A stretch of 64,000 nt of DNA from a bacterium (GTDB taxonomy: Bacteria; Zhuqueibacterota; Zhuqueibacteria; Residuimicrobiales; Krinioviventaceae), in NCBI GenBank assembly GCA_963693055.1, contig OY843751.1, positions 3,040,001-3,104,000 of the forward strand, written 5' to 3'. The position numbers and the translations under genes were made by a program. Under the pieces are notes generated by a model that saw only the letters and a list, made by a program, of their open reading frames with translations, was not told the DNA's origin and did not search any database. Of this stretch, positions 18,992 through 28,724 are shown piece after piece; the first letter of the stretch is position 1; the number at the start of each line of letters is the position of its first letter.

Positions 18992-19791
18992 AGATGGGTA
19001 CCTGCCCAAATAACAAAAACTGCCATAGGATATAATAAAACCTGAGCCAATAAAGTCCCTGCCACCCTGCTAATAATCATAAAAACAATACATTTCGAGT
19101 AATAATAAGGACTAGTCTTTCCTTCCAGAATATCATCCGTTAATAGTGAAAAGAATGGATCCACAAAAATCACCAAAATCACGGTAGCCATTCCAGTTAA
19201 CAATGGTGCAAAGCTCCCCGAAGTCAATCGTAATTCAGGATTTAAATACGAAGCCAGCATAGTAGCAAGAGACCCCGCAGTTAAAAACGCAACTGCAATA
19301 AAATTCAATCCAATGATTCTTTTAGGGATCGATTTAATATTCTTTAAATGTTTGAAATTATCTGAAGACGGAATTTTAAATTGTTCTTTAAATTGCCTTA
19401 TACCACTTTTGGTAAAACTGTGAACAATAACCCGGGGAATTGAGCGGTCAATATTAAAACGTTGTACAAACTTTATCAATATCCTCCTGAATGTAGGCAT
19501 TAACACAGCACCGGTAATTGTGCCCAACGTAGCAGCAAACAAAATATAATAGAAATAGTGGGTAGAGGGATTCAAAATTCCGGATCTAAGGTCTGTCTCA
19601 ACTTTTTTGGCAAGAATGGGCACCTGCAATGCATTGGCAGTACGAGACAATAATACCAGAATATTAAACAAGGAAAAAGAAACGGTCAGTCTGCCTGTTT
19701 GAATGCCAACCAGCCTGACTGAATACGCCAAAGTATTTATGGTGTGAATAATAAATGTAAAAATAAATACAAATATTATTGAATGTGACAT
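18988..19791 (-). CDS. amj: Lipid II flippase Amj family (DUF2837)
   Basis: TFIIHTINTLAYSVRLVG..T.RL..S.SLFNILVLLSRTAN..Q.P.LAK and VDP...LLTDD signatures. Confidence 0.85.
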   Translation of the reverse strand: MSHSIIFVFIFTFIIHTINTLAYSVRLVGIQTGRLTVSFSLFNILVLLSRTANALQVPILAKKVETDLRSGILNPSTHYFYYILFAATLGTITGAVLMPTFRRILIKFVQRFNIDRSIPRVIVHSFTKSGIRQFKEQFKIPSSDNFKHLKNIKSIPKRIIGLNFIAVAFLTAGSLATMLASYLNPELRLTSGSFAPLLTGMATVILVIFVDPFFSLLTDDILEGKTSPYYYSKCIVFMIISRVAGTLLAQVLLYPMAVFVIWAGTHL

Positions 19792-19792
19792 T

Positions 19793-20548
19793 TTAAAAAC
19801 TTGTAGAAAGGTTCAAACTAAACCTGGGATCATTATTAACTGAATCAATTTGAAAATTCATATCCATAACAGACTGATCGATATTCTTATTATGCTTGTA
19901 AACAGACCAAACCGCATCAATCGCACTTACCACATGATTTGCCAAAATTGCGCCAATAACAAAAGTTGCTCGGTTATCTGCACGATCAGCAGAAATTCTC
20001 AACTGTTCATAATTATGCTGATAAGTAGCATTTTCCCAATCCCAGTACATACCTTCTACATCATAATAGTATTCAGGGAGATTGCGGTCTCTCAACTTTG
20101 CAGCATTATATTCATTAATATTGTCATAATTGCCCAGATCAACAAAATATGACTCATCTTTATTAGAAAGATCAACACCAGCATAAGAAGCAGCATATGT
20201 CTTGTATTCATCCTTGCGCCATTCACGAAAAGTAACCAAACCGGAATAAGCCAGCCACAAAGTAACTTCAGAAGCAAAAAAGTATTGTGCTTTTTTTGTG
20301 TTGCCGGTATAACGTTCACCTAAACCGGGAAGAATCATAGACATTAAAAATGCTTTCCCCTTATTCTTGGGAACCATAGAATTAACAGAAACATCTTTGT
20401 CCATTTTTACCTGGGGTGTACCCTGGGCTAAAAGCAAATCTTTATTCAAAAACAAATCATGAGACAAAGATCCTGTCTGGGCTTGAATCGTCGTTACAGT
20501 TGTTAAAAAAATTAGTATTGCTAACAATGCTTGTTTCATATAATTCAC
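19793..20548 (-). CDS. Exported/membrane protein, DUF5683-like
   Basis: Signal peptide; KAFLMSMILPGLGERYTG; NHVVSAIDA; terminal beta-strand ending in F. Confidence 0.6.
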   Translation of the reverse strand: MNYMKQALLAILIFLTTVTTIQAQTGSLSHDLFLNKDLLLAQGTPQVKMDKDVSVNSMVPKNKGKAFLMSMILPGLGERYTGNTKKAQYFFASEVTLWLAYSGLVTFREWRKDEYKTYAASYAGVDLSNKDESYFVDLGNYDNINEYNAAKLRDRNLPEYYYDVEGMYWDWENATYQHNYEQLRISADRADNRATFVIGAILANHVVSAIDAVWSVYKHNKNIDQSVMDMNFQIDSVNNDPRFSLNLSTSF

Positions 20549-21369
20549 CAGTTCATTCGTAAGGTTAAAGCTGTGTATTGTTTGTTATTATAATATCTGG
20601 GTTCTAAACGGAGTGCAGTTTGAACTTTATTATTGTGTATTTTGGTACTCCAGGCAGCTTCAAAAGCACTTATAATGTGATTAAATACGGCAATAGTTAC
20701 ACCTGTAGTGGCACGTTTAAAAGCCTGATTGCTGGCATCTCGGCGATCTTCATAATGCAGCCGATTATCTGAAATGTATTTATTGTGGGTCATTTCACTT
20801 ACATCCATATTGATATTATAGCTGGGATCAGAACGAAAATCATCCCATCCCCAGTTGAATTGATAATATTTGCCAATCATTTCATAATACTGTTGGTCTT
20901 TTTCAACATGCAAACCATGGCTGAATGCTGATTGTTCCCAATTACGTAAAGCGTCCAAATCATTGGATGGTAAACCGGATTGAACAGAAATCCAATTCCA
21001 GTATTCATCTTCACTCCAATGTGTGTCAGCATAATCCTGAAATTCGTTTTCTATATCGGTTCCTTCCGCATCATTTACAAAATACATAGCCCACGATGCA
21101 GCTTCTACTGTTAAAAAGCCCAAGGCTTTTTTCCACGATCCATTATAATATTGGCCGGCACCGGGTATTACCAAAGAATAGAATAATGCTTTTTTAACAG
21201 ATTTCACATCATTATTTTGAACAATTGCAGCTGACTGGGATCCGGCCTCTACATCATTCATTACAATAAGGGGTGCAGTTGTGTTTTGCAGATATTCCTG
21301 CCAATCAGTCTGTTGGGCAAAAACAGATACAGCAAACATTAAACATAGTAGTAATATTTTTGCTTTCAC
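20545..21369 (-). CDS. Exported/membrane protein, DUF5683-like (paralog of the neighbour)
   Basis: KALFYSLVIPGAGQYYNG, QQYYEMIGKY, NHIISAFEA, terminal W; GTG start at 21369 after GGAG. Confidence 0.6.
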   Translation of the reverse strand: MKAKILLLCLMFAVSVFAQQTDWQEYLQNTTAPLIVMNDVEAGSQSAAIVQNNDVKSVKKALFYSLVIPGAGQYYNGSWKKALGFLTVEAASWAMYFVNDAEGTDIENEFQDYADTHWSEDEYWNWISVQSGLPSNDLDALRNWEQSAFSHGLHVEKDQQYYEMIGKYYQFNWGWDDFRSDPSYNINMDVSEMTHNKYISDNRLHYEDRRDASNQAFKRATTGVTIAVFNHIISAFEAAWSTKIHNNKVQTALRLEPRYYNNKQYTALTLRMNW

Positions 21370-21388
21370 TTTAAACTCCGTATTGGAT

Positions 21389-24300
21389 TTAATCCTGAAA
21401 ATCAAACAACAAACTTATATAGTGACGCCATTCATTACCATAGGTATAACCTTCGTGCTCAAATTCGTCGAGAGAATATGCGCTTGAAAATTCAAATGCT
21501 GTAGGGAATCCATAAAACGAGAATCCTGCAAAACGAAGATTAACTCCGGCGTCTTTTTTAAAATTATCTAACTTGATCTCATCTGAATCAAATGCATTAC
21601 CATAATCAACAAACGCACCCAAATAAAGATTGTTTGTAGTTATGTGCAAAATTCTTTTCTGGAAATTTTTAAAAATAGGAAATCGATAGGTAAAACGTCC
21701 CACCAAAAGTTTTCTTCCCTCTATACTGTAAAACGGATACCCTCTTAAACCTGGCAAACCACCGGCAAAAAAGTTGAAAAAACTATCTACCGGACGATCA
21801 ATCCAGCCGCCTATAAGATTTACATCAAGAGCATGATTACGGGTAAAGGGAATTCCATAGTACTGGTGCATATTCAACTGCACCCGGCTGTAATTAAATT
21901 TCGTATAGACTTCCTGAGGTGTTCCATATTCATTATCTGTGGCAAAATCATCAAAAAAATCATTCATCTCATAGGTGTACTGGATATCTAGTTTCATTCC
22001 AGAGGTTGGATTAATTGAAGAATTTAAACTGGGTGCTATCCAATCTGCATCCCATTGTACACCAAAATGATTACCTACAAAATATGTATTGTTGGGTGAA
22101 ACCCATTTCACATTTTGAAAAAAGAAATCTTTGATCTTGGATGTATAACGCTGATGGCTATACCAGGCTCTTACACCCAGATCCTTTGTAACATGAAAAC
22201 GTGCACCAATATCAGCTTCCAATATATTGAACTGAATATCCACAGGTGCTTTTTCGGGATAATCTTCAATTACATCAATTGAACGCTTGATATTGCGAGT
22301 AAAAGCGTATAATTCTAAAAAGATAACAGGTGGTAAATGACGATATTCAAAAATGGCAAAAGCATCTAAATCCATTCGATGGTTCATAGCTACTCCACCG
22401 AGAATGGAATATCTTTCCAATATATCACTTGCGTAAAAATAGGTGCCCAGCTTGACTTTATTAGAGTCAACCATAACTCTGGGTAAAACCATCATTTGAC
22501 CATAATCCATGGAATAGGGTTCTGCTTTTACATCCGGTAACTTTGTATCATCATAATGTCTGGCTTGAGCAAATCGGTCACTCTTGAACAAATTGTCCAG
22601 CTCCGGTGCAATATCATAAGCAGCAGGATAAACAAGTTTAGAAGCATCAATGGGTTGAATATCTTCAATGACAGCAATTTTATAACCGTTATATTCAAAG
22701 TGAGAATATACAAGTTTATTATCCTGAGAAACTGACGGCATAAAGGCACCGCCAATAACATTGGTAACCGGTTCTGGTTGTGCACCATCAGTTTTTACTC
22801 TGTAAATATTGTGTATGCCTGAACGGTCCCATGCAAAGTAAATATAATCACCATTAGGTCCATAAACCGGATCACGCGCGTCACCATATTCAGTAACAAC
22901 ATTATTAATTTTCTTTGACTCAATATTTACCGTTTTAATATCACGTCCATGATGGCGTGATTGAGAAAATACAATATTTTTGCTATCCGGTGAAAAACGT
23001 GGAGAGTAAACGCCTTCACCTTGCGTAAAATTTGTTAGTTCTGTAAAATTTTTCGCATATTTATCCAGCATCATGATATTATCTGTACCATCTTTTTGAA
23101 CGATACAGACAATATGCTCACCATCGGGTGACCAATCCGGATCGATGGAACGAAGACTGGAAGTTAATTTTTTCTCTTTTTTGGTAACAAAGTCATAGAC
23201 ATATAAATCAAAGAAATGTGACATATCCTCAACACGATGTCTTTTTTGATACAAGAGTTTTTTACCATCAGCTGACCAGGCAACGCTTCCATTGATACCG
23301 CCTTTGATAAACTGAGATTTATCAGTTTCCACATCATAAACAAACAACGAAGTCAAAGAAAGATAGTCAGAAGTTTTACTTCCACAATATGCAATTTTTT
23401 TACCGTCAGGAGACCATACAGGTGAAATATTGCCAATGCCTTCATCAATAAGTAATTTACCAGTTACCTGATTTGCTTTAACTGTTTCTAATCTTTTTGC
23501 ATAATAGGTATTCAAATGCTCTTTCCACTCATCATAGAATGTATAGGCATCTTTACCGGTAACATTCTTGATTGCACCATTCACGGAAAAGTTGAATTTC
23601 TTTTTCAAATCCTGAGTAATGGTTTTAAGGGATTCTTCACCATAGTTATGGGCAATATAACGGGTTAGTGCGTATCCCGCATTATAGGTCCGTTCGTTAC
23701 CCAGACTATTTTTACCAAAAACACCCATTTCATCAAAACTATGCAGCTCGTCATTTACAACTGCTGTACGAATAAGCATATCGCGATGTGTGTCCCAGCG
23801 ATCATAATCCAGACCGGAAATCATGTATTGGGCCATTCCTTCGGCCAACCACATTGGCACAATAGTCATAGGAATTGCATAAGATGCAATCTGGTTCGGA
23901 TAACCATACAATACATCGGGACGTTTTTCCTGCTCATAACCGATCCATTGTAAATACAATGCCGGCACGCGTCTGGCCAGTTTGCGAGACGCACCCAAAG
24001 AGATCATATGGCTAAACTCGTGGGTAACAACATTACGAAGCCAGTTGTGGGTTCCTCGCAGAATAAATGTCATCTGCGGTGCCCAGATTTCTACCTTGTT
24101 ATCATAATAATAAGCAGCACCATTTGAATTGTCATCAAAATCTTTAATAATAAAATGAATTTTACCATCAGGACGATAATCATACAAATCGGTGACAGGT
24201 TTATAAATGTCCTCTCCTATTTGCATAACAACACGAGCTGTCCGCTCAGCACCTTCATGGAAATGGACTTTGAAATGTTCCGATTCTATGGTATACCAGT

Positions 24301-24391
24301 CAAGTTCAGGATGTGTATAGTTGAATTCCTGGGCAAATATCTGGATGTTTAAAAATATAAATAATAAAAAGTATATCCGTTTCATTAGCAT
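21389..24391 (-). CDS. Zinc peptidase (gluzincin/MA-like) + PD40 beta-propeller + Omp85/BamA-type barrel fusion
   Basis: THEFSH...WLAEG; repeated P.WSPDG motifs; GGLPGLRGYP (Omp85 loop-6 LRG motif); FVDYGNAF. Confidence 0.8.
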   Translation of the reverse strand: MLMKRIYFLLFIFLNIQIFAQEFNYTHPELDWYTIESEHFKVHFHEGAERTARVVMQIGEDIYKPVTDLYDYRPDGKIHFIIKDFDDNSNGAAYYYDNKVEIWAPQMTFILRGTHNWLRNVVTHEFSHMISLGASRKLARRVPALYLQWIGYEQEKRPDVLYGYPNQIASYAIPMTIVPMWLAEGMAQYMISGLDYDRWDTHRDMLIRTAVVNDELHSFDEMGVFGKNSLGNERTYNAGYALTRYIAHNYGEESLKTITQDLKKKFNFSVNGAIKNVTGKDAYTFYDEWKEHLNTYYAKRLETVKANQVTGKLLIDEGIGNISPVWSPDGKKIAYCGSKTSDYLSLTSLFVYDVETDKSQFIKGGINGSVAWSADGKKLLYQKRHRVEDMSHFFDLYVYDFVTKKEKKLTSSLRSIDPDWSPDGEHIVCIVQKDGTDNIMMLDKYAKNFTELTNFTQGEGVYSPRFSPDSKNIVFSQSRHHGRDIKTVNIESKKINNVVTEYGDARDPVYGPNGDYIYFAWDRSGIHNIYRVKTDGAQPEPVTNVIGGAFMPSVSQDNKLVYSHFEYNGYKIAVIEDIQPIDASKLVYPAAYDIAPELDNLFKSDRFAQARHYDDTKLPDVKAEPYSMDYGQMMVLPRVMVDSNKVKLGTYFYASDILERYSILGGVAMNHRMDLDAFAIFEYRHLPPVIFLELYAFTRNIKRSIDVIEDYPEKAPVDIQFNILEADIGARFHVTKDLGVRAWYSHQRYTSKIKDFFFQNVKWVSPNNTYFVGNHFGVQWDADWIAPSLNSSINPTSGMKLDIQYTYEMNDFFDDFATDNEYGTPQEVYTKFNYSRVQLNMHQYYGIPFTRNHALDVNLIGGWIDRPVDSFFNFFAGGLPGLRGYPFYSIEGRKLLVGRFTYRFPIFKNFQKRILHITTNNLYLGAFVDYGNAFDSDEIKLDNFKKDAGVNLRFAGFSFYGFPTAFEFSSAYSLDEFEHEGYTYGNEWRHYISLLFDFQD

Positions 24392-24394
24392 TCT

Positions 24395-27289
24395 CTACTT
24401 AACCACTGCAATTTTTATAAACTGAACTGAAGTATCATTAGAGCCGCTGGCTTCAATACGTGCCAGGTATGCTCCACTTTGTACATTACCAACATCCCAA
24501 CGAACCTCATGGTCACCGGGTGTTATTCCGCTTCCGGTTAATTCTTCTATAAATTCACCGGCAATATCGTAAATGCGAATACTGACTGCACTAACCGACT
24601 GGTTCAATCGGTAACGTATATTACTAAACCCACTATCAGCCGGGTTAGGATAACAATAGGTTCCCTTTTCAGACAAAACCTTTGTAGATTCTGTCGACTG
24701 ATGAGTGTCACCTGCAACACTGAAAGAATTTTGATTATTTCCACCATAACTGGTCCAGTTCTTGTCAGATGCCAACGTTACATCAAGATTAAAAAGATAA
24801 AAATATCCATCCGTTGAAATCACTCCACATTCCTGTTTTCCATCACCATCCATATCAACCAGGATTGGAGATACATGTACAGCACTGCCTACAGAAAGAG
24901 GAAAACCTTCTACCATATCACCATTTGAATCATGCGCAGTTAACTGGCCTCCCTGTGTTGCGTTGATTACAATTGCACCATATTCATTTGTAATCGCAAT
25001 CAATGGACTTGTCTTTTCTCCAACCAAATTATCACTTGTTAAATGAGCAGGAAAATTGGAAACAGGAGAATTTTCATAATTATATCCACGAATATCAGAT
25101 TGATATTGTCTGAATAGTTCAGGCAATCCGTCATTATCCATATCACCAACAGCAGGAAGCGTAGATGCAAACATGGGTTCTGCCCCCACATTTCCATCAA
25201 AATCTGCCAAAGTGATAAAAAAGGATTGGGCTTCACTATTAATGTTTTCTGATTCCAGAATAGTTAAGTCAGTTGAATACAATGTATAATCACCATTTTG
25301 ATTTACAACACCCAAACCCGTACCGACCAAAGCTGCAAGTCCGGTAATTTGAGATTCTGTGGTGGAAATTTGTTCAACTATTTCCAAAGTGTCCGTTACA
25401 TTTAATTTTACCAGGCTGCCATCAGTACCTGCAATAAATACAAAAGTTGCATTATTTTCGGTTAAAACAACTGGACCTGCTGTAGGTAAACTGAAATTTA
25501 AATCTAAATTTGAAATTTCAGCTTCGTTACTATTATTAAAAGTAATTAAATATACTTTACCATGTTGGCTGACAAGTATCAACTCTGATGTACCATCATT
25601 ATCAAAATCTGTTATTGCTGGAGGTAAATTAAAATCATCAGTCAAATCCAGTAATTTCGTTTCAGAAGTATTGTTTAATCCATTACCTGCCTTGTTCCAA
25701 ATATGTAATTTTCCCAATTTGGTCAATCCGGCAATATAGGCTTGATTATTGACTGAAATGTTTTTCAAAGAACCGTTAAAAAATTCAGAACCCACATTTT
25801 TAGGAAATCCATCAGCCAGTCTGTCATTTTTGACAGAAAAAGTCATAACCGTATCATTATCACTAATGTTAAAAATATGAATATGACTTTTTGAACCATC
25901 ATTGGCATTGCTGTTTGGAATGGTATAGGGAGACAAAGCTACTGTGTCAGTTTGATTATTTACATATTTATGAGATTCATTATCTGCCCAATAGGGATCA
26001 TAATAGTCACCAGATTCAGCTCCCGAAGCAGCAGAAAACAAATCATAATAATATCCCAAATCCTGTGCACCGTCACTTTCAACCAGATCAACCCCGCGAT
26101 GTTCACGGTCGTTATTAATACTGTTAGTAGCAAGACTGTCATTGATAATATCTTCATCAATATGCCAGATCAGCAATCCCGATCCGGGTATTCCAAAATC
26201 ATATTCATCAATACTGGTTATAACACCCAGTTCACTATCAGCAGTTACATTGCCTTGAGTATCAAATTGGGCCCTGTTTCCGTTTTCATCACGGCCAAAT
26301 GTCACTTTATCTTTAACAGGATCCGTTTGGCGGTTTTCAACAAGAAAATATTCGGTAGAAGATATTGGAATTTTATAGATATGAGGTGCAGAAGCCGTTG
26401 TGGTTGTACCAATTTTCAAATCCGTACCATGAGTTACAACAACTGGCTCTTCCCAACCCAAATACACTTTCATCCAGGCACAGGGATACGCGGGAATTAA
26501 ACCCTGCATATTATATGATCCCTGGTCCATCAAACCCCAACGCCCAATACCTGCAGTACCATCAAGTGTGTTAAACATACTGGGCATACCCAGCTTGCTG
26601 CCCATGAGAAGGGTCATTGTACCCAAAAGACCCAGTTCATAACCTTCCTGACTTTGTGATTCTGGTAATATAATTCCTTCTTTAATAAAGATACCATCAC
26701 CAACATCAATCCCCTGATAAGTGCTGCTGCCCTCACCTAAAGTAGTTTGCAAGGTTTCAAAATCAAGATAAACAGATTGAATGTCATAAGGAGTTGCATC
26801 AAAATCAAAAGCAAAATCACTACCAATTCCAGCATGAAAAATAATAACACCATCATACTTGGAAAAGTCAGGATTATCACTCTCTATTGCCATGTTAATT
26901 ACATCTCGAAGCAATTCTGACCAGCGTTGATTTTTAAGCTCATCATCTTCCTGTCCACTGTAATAAACCATATTTTCAGACAAGGTATAGACTTGATTTT
27001 CACCTTCAGGCAAAACATCAGCTTCAATAACTAGCTGATCATTAGAGATTCTGGCAAAATAATTCTTTAATGCCAGCATTTGATGCTGAAAATAAGTACG
27101 ATTGTGAGGTGGTTTATCAATATTAAATTCACTCTCGTTACCCATATCAAACAAACCATCTCCGGTGGTGGTTGCAAGTTGATCTTGTTCAAATTGCGCA
27201 CGTAAAACCAAATAATTTAGATTACTCGATTGAGCAAATAATAATGGTGTCAGAAATATAAATAGAATTAATATGCTTCTTTTATACAT
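24395..27289 (-). CDS. M6 (immune inhibitor A)-like protein with degenerate Zn site, FG-GAP repeats and T9SS-type CTD
   Basis: IFHAG.G, GIGRWGLMDQGS, EYFLVENRQ, GLLIWHID; DxDxDG FG-GAP repeats; YCYPNP...IYDIAGE...SGAYLARI...KIAVVK CTD. Confidence 0.8.
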   Translation of the reverse strand: MYKRSILILFIFLTPLLFAQSSNLNYLVLRAQFEQDQLATTTGDGLFDMGNESEFNIDKPPHNRTYFQHQMLALKNYFARISNDQLVIEADVLPEGENQVYTLSENMVYYSGQEDDELKNQRWSELLRDVINMAIESDNPDFSKYDGVIIFHAGIGSDFAFDFDATPYDIQSVYLDFETLQTTLGEGSSTYQGIDVGDGIFIKEGIILPESQSQEGYELGLLGTMTLLMGSKLGMPSMFNTLDGTAGIGRWGLMDQGSYNMQGLIPAYPCAWMKVYLGWEEPVVVTHGTDLKIGTTTTASAPHIYKIPISSTEYFLVENRQTDPVKDKVTFGRDENGNRAQFDTQGNVTADSELGVITSIDEYDFGIPGSGLLIWHIDEDIINDSLATNSINNDREHRGVDLVESDGAQDLGYYYDLFSAASGAESGDYYDPYWADNESHKYVNNQTDTVALSPYTIPNSNANDGSKSHIHIFNISDNDTVMTFSVKNDRLADGFPKNVGSEFFNGSLKNISVNNQAYIAGLTKLGKLHIWNKAGNGLNNTSETKLLDLTDDFNLPPAITDFDNDGTSELILVSQHGKVYLITFNNSNEAEISNLDLNFSLPTAGPVVLTENNATFVFIAGTDGSLVKLNVTDTLEIVEQISTTESQITGLAALVGTGLGVVNQNGDYTLYSTDLTILESENINSEAQSFFITLADFDGNVGAEPMFASTLPAVGDMDNDGLPELFRQYQSDIRGYNYENSPVSNFPAHLTSDNLVGEKTSPLIAITNEYGAIVINATQGGQLTAHDSNGDMVEGFPLSVGSAVHVSPILVDMDGDGKQECGVISTDGYFYLFNLDVTLASDKNWTSYGGNNQNSFSVAGDTHQSTESTKVLSEKGTYCYPNPADSGFSNIRYRLNQSVSAVSIRIYDIAGEFIEELTGSGITPGDHEVRWDVGNVQSGAYLARIEASGSNDTSVQFIKIAVVK

Positions 27290-27333
27290 AGCAGGTCCTA
27301 TGGTCTGTCATAATCAAGATACAATGTCATTTT

Positions 27334-27373
27334 AAAAAATTGTGCACAGTCTTTACTTACAAACTGTGCACAA
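27334..27373 (-). terminator. Intrinsic terminator downstream of porV
   Basis: Perfect 11-bp inverted repeat TTGTGCACAGT/ACTGTGCACAA followed by T6 on the minus strand. Confidence 0.7.
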
Positions 27374-27388
27374 GTCAAAATCTAATTT

Positions 27389-28489
27389 TTAGAATACAAA
27401 TGATAATGAAAAACGCATTGTATTAGAAAGTGGGTGCCCCTCACTTGCAGCTACATAACCAAAATCAAAACGATACATGTTGTACTGAATACCAGCACCA
27501 AAAGAGGTGAATTTTACTTTACCGGGTTCATCCCAATAGTAACCGGCACGTAAAGCAATCAGATCGCCATACCAGTACTCAAGTCCTGTACTCAAGATTC
27601 CATTAAAAATGGTGGTTTCGCCAACAAGCTCTTCCTTTTCATCATCACCCAGGTTTTCATATTCTTTTTCAACAACGGTCCAGGGAGAAGTAAATAATGC
27701 TTTATACCAGGCATCAGATGTACCATCAGCATTACGCTTAACCATCATGTGGTTCATATCACCAACCCAAGTCAATTTATTAAATTCATCATCAATGAAT
27801 TTGTAGGCAAAACCGACTTTTAAATTGGTTGGCAATGGATCAGCCTGGGCTGCATCAATATAGGTAATTTTGGGACCCATATTGGAAAGATTAGCACCAA
27901 AGCTCAATTTACGATGGAATGGTATTTTATAAATGGTTGATAAATCAAATGAAAAAGCATTTGCTTTACCATCGCCCTGTTCTGCACCAGCGCCAACACT
28001 GGAAAGATTTGAGCGAATGTAACGTAAACCAACGCCTACTGCCCAATCCTGGTTCAACTTTGTACCATAAGTAGTAGAAATTGCAAACTCGTAACTGCTA
28101 AATGTACCCAAAGGATCCGGCCCCGATTCATCAGTTATGGTTTGTTCACCAAGATTCAGATAAGTCAAATTAACACCAAAACTACCCAAACCCTCAACAG
28201 ATTGACGGTAAGCAGCAAAGTCGTAGTAAAGATCGGAACCAAATTGCGGCAGCCAATTGGCATGCATCAAGGTTAATTCACGTCCTTCAAGAAATCCCAA
28301 TCCCGCAGGGTTCCAGAATACTGCTGTTGCATCATCCGCTAATGCAACAAAGGCTTCACCCATACCAGCAGCTCTGGCTCCGGGAGAAATCTGCAAAAAC
28401 AACACTGCGGCTTCACTCACAGCATAAACCTGGCTGGCAGAAAACAGCACTGTTGAGATTGTAATCAAAGATAAAATCAGCTTTTTCAT
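27389..28489 (-). CDS. porV: PorV/PorQ family outer-membrane protein (T9SS shuttle, FadL-like barrel)
   Basis: FLQISPGARAAGMGEA, AVFWNPAGLG, SNMGPKITY..ADPLPTNLKVG, LRAGY, HPLSNTMRFSL. Confidence 0.85.
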   Translation of the reverse strand: MKKLILSLITISTVLFSASQVYAVSEAAVLFLQISPGARAAGMGEAFVALADDATAVFWNPAGLGFLEGRELTLMHANWLPQFGSDLYYDFAAYRQSVEGLGSFGVNLTYLNLGEQTITDESGPDPLGTFSSYEFAISTTYGTKLNQDWAVGVGLRYIRSNLSSVGAGAEQGDGKANAFSFDLSTIYKIPFHRKLSFGANLSNMGPKITYIDAAQADPLPTNLKVGFAYKFIDDEFNKLTWVGDMNHMMVKRNADGTSDAWYKALFTSPWTVVEKEYENLGDDEKEELVGETTIFNGILSTGLEYWYGDLIALRAGYYWDEPGKVKFTSFGAGIQYNMYRFDFGYVAASEGHPLSNTMRFSLSFVF

Positions 28490-28517
28490 CAGAGTATACC
28501 TCCTGTTATCACATAGT

Positions 28518-28718
28518 AAAAAAAAATCCGAACCTAAAAGAGTTGCTCCCTAAAGAAGTTACCCTTTTACATTCGGATAATATATTCCATGGGCAAGCTT
28601 CATAGTTCGCAAACAGGTTTAAATAATAAAGAATTAAAGTTATTTCAAATACCAATCAGTTAATTTAATTAAACCTATAACGAACTTTAATAAGCTTACT
28701 CCTTGTTTGTGATTAAAT
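28518..28718 (-). ncRNA. Putative structured leader or sRNA with a terminator-like 3' hairpin (unassigned family)
   Basis: Two long imperfect hairpins (28595-28697 and 28526-28578) with G-U pairs on the minus strand and a U-tract, downstream of a TTGACT-N17-TAATTT promoter. Confidence 0.5.
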
Positions 28719-28724
28719 CTAATA

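Noticed and set aside
25952-26500. 182-aa plus-strand ORF
   Set aside because: Antisense shadow of the M6-like gene; no motif or RBS
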